The notes beneath the pieces were generated by a model. The model ran no database searches and was not told where the DNA came from. It saw only the letters and a program-made list of their open reading frames with translations. DNA of 24,000 nucleotides from Okeania sp. SIO3B5. Lineage in GTDB: Bacteria; Cyanobacteriota; Cyanobacteriia; Cyanobacteriales; Microcoleaceae. The stretch is taken from positions 44,024-68,023 of the forward strand of contig NZ_JAAHHG010000001.1 of assembly GCF_010692555.1 (NCBI RefSeq). The letters run 5' to 3'. The number at the start of each line of letters is the position of its first letter. Positions within the stretch are counted from its first letter, which is position 1. Below, in pieces: positions 15,910-23,255 of this stretch. The position numbers and the translations under genes were made by a program.

Positions 15910-16305
15910 ATGAAAAAAGTTGTTGAATTCAATATATCTAGCATAATCAAAATGTCAAATTGTCCTCGTTGTCATCAAAAAATTGATAGTCAGGCGATCG
16001 CTTGTCCGTATTGTGGAGTTTCTCTTAAAGCTTTTGGTCATCCAGGAATTCCTATTTATCACACTCAAACAGAAGAATATTTGTGTAATAGCTGTATCTA
16101 CCATTTTGATGATACCTGTAATTTTCCTAAACGTCCCTATGCTAAAAATTGTACTCTTTATCATGACCAATCTGAACCCCTTGTACCTCCTACTAATTTT
16201 AATCATATTAGTTGGTTTGGAATTGTCAAATTTTGGCTTCAAAGAAATACTATCTGGTGGTTATTGTTAAGCTTAGTTCTTATCAGTTTGATAATTTCTT
16301 TATAA
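15910..16305 (+). CDS. Small zinc-ribbon protein with a second 4-Cys module and a C-terminal TM helix
   Basis: CPRCHQKIDSQAIACPYCG is a zinc ribbon. It is followed by LCNSCIYHFDDTCNFPKRPYAKNCTLYHDQ (CX2CX7CX10C) and a C-terminal IWWLLLSLVLISLIISL. The start is uncertain: ATG 15910 or ATG 15952. Confidence 0.6.
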   Translation: MKKVVEFNISSIIKMSNCPRCHQKIDSQAIACPYCGVSLKAFGHPGIPIYHTQTEEYLCNSCIYHFDDTCNFPKRPYAKNCTLYHDQSEPLVPPTNFNHISWFGIVKFWLQRNTIWWLLLSLVLISLIISL

Positions 16306-16343
16306 TTAATTTTATTCTGATAATATATCTGGCTCAAAAACTG

Positions 16344-16471
16344 TTCAAGAATTAATAATTAATAATTAATAATTAATAATGGCCTCTCCTTGAAAAGAAG
16401 AGGATTGACTAATCATGAATTTTTTTTCTTGTTTCTCCTTTAAAGAAGAGGCTTTAAACCTTAATTATTCG
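16344..16471 (-). mobile_element. MITE-like 'R' element, copy 3
   Basis: A 128-bp insertion between ..CAAAAACTG and GTAAATCAAAC. The uninterrupted versions of this site are at 17190-17198 and, in the kinase gene itself, around 17395-17403. Confidence 0.8.
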
Positions 16472-16734
16472 GTAAATCAAACTAGAAAATTGTACCCAAT
16501 ATATATAGTAATCTTGAATAATTTTTCAGTTATTACTCAATAGATAAAAATATTTCAACCCTGATTCCTGTTACCTAACTCTGGAGTTGAGTTACATCTA
16601 AATAATTAACTTTTTTCTGATACTATAGTCATTTAAAATAAGAATGAAACACTTTTTTAGGTGAAACTCTTTCAAAGCCAGAAATCCTTGTCTCAATCTC
16701 AAGTGAAATAACTATATATTTAGCTCAAAAACTG

Positions 16735-16855
16735 TTCAATAATTAATAATTAATAATTAATAAAGACCTCTTCTTGAAAAGAAGAGGATTGACTAATCAT
16801 GAAAATTTTTTCTTGTTTCTCCTTTAAAGGAGAGGCTTTAAACCTTAATTATTCG
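16735..16855 (-). mobile_element. MITE-like 'R' element, copy 4
   Basis: A 121-bp insertion at the same position in the second duplicate unit. Confidence 0.8.
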
Positions 16856-16919
16856 GTAAATCAAACTAGAAAATTGTACCCAATATATATAGTAATCTTG
16901 AATAATTTTTTAGTTATTA

Positions 16920-17081
16920 TACCAAATTGAAAAAAGAATGTTACAAATAAACTGGCTAGTAAATAACTAATAATCCACCTAAAACCTAAAACCTAGCACC
17001 TCGTACCTAAAACCTACCACCTACCACCTACCACCTAACACCTAGAAAATTATTTGTAGCAAACATTTATCACGCTTGGTA
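16920..17081. mobile_element. TIR-bounded MITE (162 bp) carrying an (ACCTAMM)n heptamer array; TTA target-site duplication
   Basis: The ends TACCAAATTGAAAAAAGAATGTTACAAATAA and TTATTTGTAGCAAACATTTATCACGCTTGGTA are imperfect inverted repeats. It is flanked by TTA (16917-16919 and 17082-17084). The empty site AGTTATTACTCAATAG is present in the sister unit near 16536-16551. Confidence 0.85.
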
Positions 17082-17263
17082 TTACTCAATAGATAAAAAT
17101 ATTTCAACCCTGATTCCTGTTACCTAACTCTGGAGTTGAGTTACATCTAAATAATTAATTTTTTTCTGATACTATATCTGGGTCAAAAACTGGTATAGCA
17201 GTGAAAATCAAGGTTGGAAAATATCCGAAAATATCCAAAGTTTAAAACTCAGACAACGTAATA

Positions 17264-17334
17264 TTTTAACTTTTAACTTTTGAATTCTTCCTTTAACTTT
17301 TAACTTTTGACTTTTGACTTTTGAATTCTTCCTT
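17264..17334. repeat. Heptamer arrays (TTTTAAC/TTTTGAC, reverse complement of the AAGTCAA family) with an internal ~27-bp duplication
   Basis: Read directly. The arrays end 3 nt before the kinase stop codon. Confidence 0.9.
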
Positions 17335-17337
17335 CTT

Positions 17338-19518
17338 CTAAAGTTGAGTTACATCTAATAAATGACTTTCTTCTGATACTATACTTTGCTCAAATACTGG
17401 TAAATCAAACCAGAAAGTTGTACCCACACCTAACTCACTAACTAACTGAACCTTACTATGATGCTTATCCATAATATTCCTCACGATAGACAAACCCAAA
17501 CCAGTTCCTTCCAAAGTATGAACTCGATTTTCTACTCGGAAAAACCTCTCAAAAATAGCCTCTTGGTCTTCAGGTTCAATGCCACTTCCTGTATCTGAAA
17601 TTTCAACTCTAACAAACTTTTGACAACTTGGTTCCGAGGGTAAATGTAAATCTATTGGCCGAGGAGGAGGAGGAGAAACTATCCATCCCCCCTCTTCAAT
17701 TTGTTGAGCTTCAATATTGCAAGCTTCTGAGTCAGATTCTAATATATATGCTCGAATAATTATTTTCCCCCCTGCTTCAGTAAATTTCATAGCATTGCCG
17801 ACTAAATTAGCAAATACTTGTAACAATAAATCGTAATGACCAACTACAGAAGGCAAGTTAGGTTCTATCTCATAATTTAACTCTATTTCCTTATCTTTAG
17901 CATTAAGTTGATAAGTTCTTAAAGTTTGTTCTATAGGTTGAGAAATATCAACAGCATCTAGATGATAAATATGACAAGATTCTAGACGACTCAGGTCTAA
18001 AACATCATTAACCAAACGAGTCAAACGATCTGTTTCATGATTAGCAGTTTCCAGAAATTCCCTTCTTTCTATTTCACTTAAATCTTCCCCATATTCGTGC
18101 AAAGTTTCGATGAAAGATTTAATATTAAATAGAGGAGTTCTTAACTCGTGAGATACATTACTAATAAACTGACTTTTTGCCTCATTTAACTCTACTTCGC
18201 GAGTAATATCCTGCACAGTCATCGCAATTCCTTTCAGACTATCTCGGTACTGAGAATTTAAACCTTTTTCTAATTGATGCTCATAAAGAGTACATTCAAT
18301 AACTTCAGGACGTTCAGTAGAATTACAAGTCTCATCTACGTCATAAATACAACTTTGACAAAGAGACTCTTTGCCTGGTGCCCTATGTAACAAAACCGTT
18401 GTTAATAAAACTCTAATTATACGTTTATTTGGTTCATCCAAAGTGCAGCAATATTCCCCACCTTCTATCTCTCCTCCAGCTATTTGATAAAGCGGTCTAC
18501 TAATTTCCATTTGTACAGCTGCAGGCAAATAATCAATAACATTTTCACCCACAACATCTTTTCCTTCCCAACTAAAAATTCGCCTAGCAGTAGAATTAAC
18601 TAACATAAGTTGTAGATTAGCATCCAACAATAAAGCACCATCAGCAATAGTCGAAACCAAAGTCTCTAACTTAGCTTTTTCTGCTCTTAATTCTTCAATA
18701 TTTTGCTTCTTATAATTTTCTAACTGCTCTGCCATTTCATTAAAGCTAAAAATCAGTTCCCCTAACTCACCTCCAAATGGTAAATCTATCCTTTGCTTAA
18801 AATTTCCCTGAGCAATATTTCTCACACCTTCTGATAATTCCTTAATTGGTTTAGTAATAATCAAAGCATTAAATACTGCCCCTAAAATTACCATTGCCCA
18901 AATCGAAACAAACACTGCCAAAGTAACATCTCTAGTAAGATTTGAAGAAATAACAGCAGTAGGATTAGGATTAATTCCTATTGCCAAAACTCCTAAATAT
19001 TTACCATCTTGAATTAAAGGCACAAAAACATCTGTTAATTCTCCATTCGGAGTTAAATGTTGTCGCACCATCGGTAGGACAGACAAATTTCCTGGCTCTA
19101 CATTGGCCATAAAATCTTCTGGTAGTTGAATGCGACGGCGTAGAGTCAGGGACGTTTTTACCTCTGATTCTGAGAAAGGCAGACCAAGGAAAATTTTTCC
19201 TTCCTCATCAGCGTAGAGCATATAACGTACACTAGAGGTGCTGCTGTAGAAAAGTCGAGAAAAACGCGCTACTTCGTTGCGTTTGCCTTCTGCCACTAGG
19301 GGAGCGACATTTGCAGCCAATAATAGTCCCAGGTCTCGGCCATAGCGAGTATCATTGAGACGAGCATCCTGTTGAATAGTATTTACCGCCCAGAAAGAAA
19401 AACTACTCATTAGCAAAGACACCATGAGGGTGACAACTGCCATGAGTTTGGTCTGGAGGGTAAACTCAGACCACCAGTTAGCGATAATTTCTCCGATTTT
19501 TTTTAGGAGGGGAAGCAT
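17338..19518 (-). CDS. nblS: NblS/Hik33(DspA)-type sensor histidine kinase (2 TM, HAMP, PAS, HisKA, HATPase_c) with lineage-specific insertions
   Basis: WSEFTLQTKLMAVVTLMVSLLMSSFSFWAVNTIQQDARLNDTRYGRDLGLLLAANVAPLVAE matches my recollection of the Hik33/NblS N-terminus. H-box FISNVSHELRTPLFNIKSF. G-boxes DTGSGIEPED and GTGLGLSIVRNI. At 726 aa it is about 60 aa longer than the ~660-aa orthologues I remember. Confidence 0.8.
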   Translation of the reverse strand: MLPLLKKIGEIIANWWSEFTLQTKLMAVVTLMVSLLMSSFSFWAVNTIQQDARLNDTRYGRDLGLLLAANVAPLVAEGKRNEVARFSRLFYSSTSSVRYMLYADEEGKIFLGLPFSESEVKTSLTLRRRIQLPEDFMANVEPGNLSVLPMVRQHLTPNGELTDVFVPLIQDGKYLGVLAIGINPNPTAVISSNLTRDVTLAVFVSIWAMVILGAVFNALIITKPIKELSEGVRNIAQGNFKQRIDLPFGGELGELIFSFNEMAEQLENYKKQNIEELRAEKAKLETLVSTIADGALLLDANLQLMLVNSTARRIFSWEGKDVVGENVIDYLPAAVQMEISRPLYQIAGGEIEGGEYCCTLDEPNKRIIRVLLTTVLLHRAPGKESLCQSCIYDVDETCNSTERPEVIECTLYEHQLEKGLNSQYRDSLKGIAMTVQDITREVELNEAKSQFISNVSHELRTPLFNIKSFIETLHEYGEDLSEIERREFLETANHETDRLTRLVNDVLDLSRLESCHIYHLDAVDISQPIEQTLRTYQLNAKDKEIELNYEIEPNLPSVVGHYDLLLQVFANLVGNAMKFTEAGGKIIIRAYILESDSEACNIEAQQIEEGGWIVSPPPPRPIDLHLPSEPSCQKFVRVEISDTGSGIEPEDQEAIFERFFRVENRVHTLEGTGLGLSIVRNIMDKHHSKVQLVSELGVGTTFWFDLPVFEQSIVSEESHLLDVTQL

Positions 19519-19525
19519 GGGTTTA

Positions 19526-19606
19526 AGTCAAAAGTTTAAATAAAGTCAAAAGTCAAAAGTCAAAAGTCAAAAGTTTAAATAAAGTTATAAAGTTAAAGGT
19601 CAAAAT
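19526..19606. repeat. Heptamer array (AAGTCAA/AAGTTTA...)n
   Basis: Begins 8 nt upstream of the kinase start codon. It is inverted relative to the array at 17264-17334. Confidence 0.9.
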
Positions 19607-19644
19607 TTATTAGGCATTTTTGACTATATTATTAATTAGGATAA

Positions 19645-20050
19645 GTGACATACTCCCACACTAACCTTGCGGTATAGTGTGGGCTTCTCGTTTCGCAGTC
19701 CCGGTACCCCGTCGGACAAGCGCGTGCTTTAAGGACGGAATGCCCTACCGCCCTATTTTTGATATTTATTGCTGCATTCACATCACGATCAATCGCAATA
19801 CCGCAATGCGGACAAGAATGAGTTCGTATGTTTAATTTTTTGGGAACTTTTTTTCCACAGTTTGAGCAATTTTGGCTGGTATTTTTGGGGTTCACTGCTA
19901 TAGTTTTCACCTCCAGCATTTGCCTCCTGCGGAGGAGCTGCGCTAACGGCTTTGACAGTTAAAATAGTTAGAAATTGTCCCCAGCCAGCATCATTAATTG
20001 ATTTACTCAAACGAGTCTTTGCTAGCCCTTTAATGTTTAAATTTGCCTCC
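19645..20050 (-). pseudogene. tnpB: 5'-truncated, frameshifted TnpB (IS200/IS605-family RNA-guided nuclease) with its right end and omegaRNA-like region
   Basis: Two overlapping frames. The first reads ..[32 protein letters not shown]. The second reads [50 protein letters not shown] (zinc finger plus RuvC-III). The N-terminal half is missing. The GC-rich 3' region carries the hairpin CCCACACTA/TAGTGTGGG and ends ..GGGAGTATGTCA at about 19646. Confidence 0.85.
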
Positions 20051-20233
20051 GGCACGAGGGGAGTAGGGGAGTAGGGGAGAATTTTTTTGCCCAACTATGC
20101 GCTCTTTAATGCGCTCCATGCATGAGCATGAAGAGCTGAAAACCATGTACTTTTTCAATACCTAAAAAGGCTAAAACCTTTATCTGGTAATCATTTGATA
20201 TTTAATCAGCAAACCCTAATTAAAGATAATTTA

Positions 20234-20446
20234 TACCAAGCATGATAAATGTTTGTTACAAATGGTAGGGACGTTGCATGCAACGTCCCTAGGAAAGAAG
20301 GAAGAGGGAAGAAGGAAGAAGGGGTAAATATTGAAAAAAAAGGGAAAAAAGATAGAGATAACTATCTCAAATGAACTGGAGCAGCTATTTTTAAGCATAT
20401 CCGATCAATATCTACATTTTTGTAGCATTCTTTTTTAAGATTGGTA
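20234..20446. mobile_element. Second copy (213 bp, opposite orientation) of the TIR-bounded MITE, carrying a (GAAGGAA)n array and a 26-bp perfect palindrome
   Basis: The ends TACCAAGCATGATAAATGTTTGTTACAAAT and TTTTTGTAGCATTCTTTTTTAAGATTGGTA match the two ends of 16920-17081. Palindrome TAGGGACGTTGCATGCAACGTCCCTA lies at 20266-20291. Confidence 0.75.
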
Positions 20447-20539
20447 CTATACAGTATAAATACTTAGTAAGGCCGGGATCTTTATGCTACTTTTTGTATT
20501 ACAAATTGAAGTGCAAAATGTGGGATTAACCACTATAAT

Positions 20540-20630
20540 TTACTTCTTACTTCTTACTTCTTACTTCTTAATGCATGACTTCTTACTTCTTACTTCTTAC
20601 TTCTTACTTCTTACTTCTTAATGCATGACT
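20540..20630. repeat. Two (TTACTTC)n heptamer arrays, each followed by TTAATGCATGAC
   Basis: Read directly: 4 then 5-6 units. A TIR-like CGTAACATTCTTTTTTCAAATCGGGA at 20688-20713 suggests a third, degenerate MITE copy spanning about 20470-20713. Confidence 0.85.
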
Positions 20631-20728
20631 TATATTTTTATGCTACGTTTTATCGTGCGGAATGTAGGTTTTATCGCTCCTACTATTCGTAACATTCTTT
20701 TTTCAAATCGGGAATGGAGGGAAATTTT

Positions 20729-22723
20729 TTAACTCAAATTTATCGGGATAGTAATGATAAATTCTGTATATTTTTCCTTTTGAGAATGACATTCTAGTTT
20801 TCCTTTGTGTTTTTCAACAATAATTTGATAACTAATTGAAAGTCCTAACCCAGTCCCTTTACCAACTGGTTTTGTTGTAAAAAAAGGATCGAATAAATGA
20901 GAGAGAACTTCTTCACTAATTCCTCCTCCATTATCAGTAATACAAACTTGTACTAAATTGTCCGATACTCTTTGAGTTTTAATCCAAATACAGCCAGAAT
21001 TAAATTCAATTTTTCGAGAATTTTGATCATCTTTAATCGCATAAATTGCATTACTAAGAATATTCATAAATACTTGATTAAGTTGTCCAGGATAACAGTC
21101 TATCAAAGGTAGTTGACCATATTCTTTAATGATTTTAATCTCTGAATATTCAGATTTAGATTTAGCTTTGAAGTGACTCTGTAAAATCATTAAAGTACTC
21201 TCAATTCCTTCATGTACATCAACTTTTTTAATTTCGGCTTCATCACAGCGAGAAAAGATACGCAATGATTTGACAATTTCCTGAATGCGCTCTGTTCCCA
21301 CTTCCATAGACTTAAGGATTTTTTTGAGGTCTTCTTGAAGAAAATTTAATTCGATCCTTTCAATTTCTGCTTCAATTTCTTGATTGGGATGAGGATAATA
21401 ATCTTGATAGAGTTGAACTAAATTTAGCAAATCTTGAATATAATCTTTTGCATAAACAATATTTCCATGAATAAAGTTAACCGGATTATTAATTTCATGG
21501 GCAACTCCGGCAAGCATTTGACCCAAACTAGACATTTTTTCACTTTGAATCATCTGAGCTTGAGTTAGCTGAAGTTCTTTTAATGTTAGCTGAAGTTCTT
21601 GTTTTTGTTCTCTTAATCTAGCTTCTGATTCTTGTAGTAAGTTTTCCGCTTGTTTACGTTCTTTAATTTCTAAAAGTAGTTTTTCTTGAGTATTATTTAA
21701 CTCGTGTAAAGTGCGATTTTTTTTGTGAAGTTGTTCTTCAAGTTCGTCGGTTTGAATAATTACTTGACCCGCTAATGGACGCAATAGTAAAACCATACCA
21801 CCTGCTCCTAGAAAACTTAAAATAATAATTAGAATTGCAATGGTAATAAGCTGACGATGAACAGAAGCATACAATTCCTGACGATCGATGTTAATAATAA
21901 GTCCCCAATCCACCTTTGAGAGGGGTTCAAAGGCAATTATTTGTCCATAAGTCCAAAATTTAGGTTTGATAAATTTAAGTCCTGATTCTTGAAGAACTAC
22001 TGTTTTTTCCAGCGCTCTCAAAATTGGTTCTGATAAAGTTTTAGTTTTATTTCTGGACGATAAAAATAATTTTACTTGTTGGCTTTGAAAGGTTCCTAAA
22101 AAAATTTCTCCTGTTTGACCTAGTCCTGTATAATCTGTGATTATTTTTTCTAAATCCTCCGTTTTAAATAAAATTAAATCTGTTCCCTGTTGTTGTTGAT
22201 TAGAGTTAAAAATTGCTTGACTAACAATTATATAAGATTGATTATTGAGGCGAATTGGATTGCTAATGTGAGAATTTTGAGAGTTATGAGTGGAAAAATT
22301 CCAAAATTTTTGAGGGATAGGTAAACCAAGTTGAACTATCAATTGATTATTTTTATCGAAGCGACTAATACCTACTACATCTTCGCTCTGATTTAAAGCA
22401 TCCCTCAGATAGGGTGTAATTCTAGAAACACCAGAAGCACGATTATTTGGATTGCGGTTATAAGCTTCTAATTCTAGTCTTGCTTGGGTACGACTAGCAA
22501 TTTGTTTTGCAATACCTTTGGCTTTTGAAAGAAATTCTTCTACTGCTAAAGTTCGAGTTCTTAAAGCTGATTGTAAATTGCTTTCTTCGTTTCTTTTAAG
22601 CTGCTTATAAAGAGGAAATATACTGACTATTGCAACCAGAACACTAATAGCAAATATTCCTGCTGCAGAATAAAATATTAAAAGTTTTTGTAATTCTTTA
22701 GAATTGATAGATGATTTATTCAT
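20729..22723 (-). CDS. Sensor histidine kinase (TM, ~250-aa extracytoplasmic sensor domain, TM, coiled coil, HisKA, HATPase_c)
   Basis: 664 aa. H-box MSSLGQMLAGVAHEINNPVNF. N-box NQVFMNILSNAIYAI. G-boxes DNGGGISEEV and GKGTGLGLSISYQII. Hydrophobic segments at res ~15-38 and ~293-315. Confidence 0.88.
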   Translation of the reverse strand: MNKSSINSKELQKLLIFYSAAGIFAISVLVAIVSIFPLYKQLKRNEESNLQSALRTRTLAVEEFLSKAKGIAKQIASRTQARLELEAYNRNPNNRASGVSRITPYLRDALNQSEDVVGISRFDKNNQLIVQLGLPIPQKFWNFSTHNSQNSHISNPIRLNNQSYIIVSQAIFNSNQQQQGTDLILFKTEDLEKIITDYTGLGQTGEIFLGTFQSQQVKLFLSSRNKTKTLSEPILRALEKTVVLQESGLKFIKPKFWTYGQIIAFEPLSKVDWGLIINIDRQELYASVHRQLITIAILIIILSFLGAGGMVLLLRPLAGQVIIQTDELEEQLHKKNRTLHELNNTQEKLLLEIKERKQAENLLQESEARLREQKQELQLTLKELQLTQAQMIQSEKMSSLGQMLAGVAHEINNPVNFIHGNIVYAKDYIQDLLNLVQLYQDYYPHPNQEIEAEIERIELNFLQEDLKKILKSMEVGTERIQEIVKSLRIFSRCDEAEIKKVDVHEGIESTLMILQSHFKAKSKSEYSEIKIIKEYGQLPLIDCYPGQLNQVFMNILSNAIYAIKDDQNSRKIEFNSGCIWIKTQRVSDNLVQVCITDNGGGISEEVLSHLFDPFFTTKPVGKGTGLGLSISYQIIVEKHKGKLECHSQKEKYTEFIITIPINLS

Positions 22724-23255
22724 AAGTGATTTATTTTACAAATTAGGTGAGTTTTATCATATAGCAATTCCCAAGAAGCGTTAGGTACTCATATTCGTTG
22801 GTTTTAACTGGAGTTTAGACTAAATTGTAGGGTCTTCAAATAATTTACTCAGAAGGAAGGAAAACTTGAAACTCAGAACCCAAGATTAATATACGCTTTG
22901 GGTGTCTAATAATTGATTTGGATTATTTGTCTTTTTTGGTGAGTTTAGGTTAGGGCTGAGTTATTCGCTCCTCTTCCAAAAGTCTTGCGTTGGCGGAGCC
23001 TAGCGGCAGCTATATCGCTTAATTAACCTATAGCACAGGCCCTGGAAAACTGACTTAAAAGTAACTACAATGCTAATCTACAAGGGGTTTCAGTTAATTT
23101 AGCTAATTAAGGAATTAACCTCAATTTATTTGCAATCTGCTGTAACTGATTTAACTTGCATTGTTTGCGGTTAATATTAACAGTATTGATGAGTAAATTA
23201 TCAGATAAAAATTAACATCATACCTCTGTTACTTGTATAAAAAAAAGACAGCTTA

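Larger units (their letters stand above)
16308..17200 (+). repeat. Decayed tandem duplicates of the 3' end of the NblS-like kinase gene, with nested mobile-element insertions
   Basis: GAGTTGAGTTACATCTAAATAATTAAYTTTTTTCTGATACTATATCTGGSTCAAAAACTG|GTAAATCAAACTAGAAAATTGTACCCAAT occurs twice or more (junctions near 16590-16630 and 17130-17200). By eye it is ~85% identical to 17341-17435, the last ~30 codons of the kinase plus its stop. Confidence 0.8.

Noticed and set aside
15955-16270. Overlapping ORFs 15955..16242 (-) and 15983..16270 (+)
   Set aside because: They overlap the zinc-ribbon CDS, whose Cys motifs and C-terminal TM helix give it clear coding signal. The alternatives are low-complexity.
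17620-17760. The insertion in the kinase ATPase domain (SDSEACNIEAQQIEEGGWIVSPPPPRPIDLHLPSEPSCQKF) as an intein or mobile insertion
   Set aside because: It has no intein splice motifs and no flanking repeats. It looks like a low-complexity surface loop. I cannot tell from memory whether orthologues share it.
20051-20094. The N-terminus [16 protein letters not shown] of ORF 19789..20094 as a genuine TnpB start
   Set aside because: It is encoded by a GGGGAGTA 8-mer repeat at 20053-20076. TnpB homology only begins at ..NLNIKGLAK, so the gene is 5'-truncated rather than a short intact protein.
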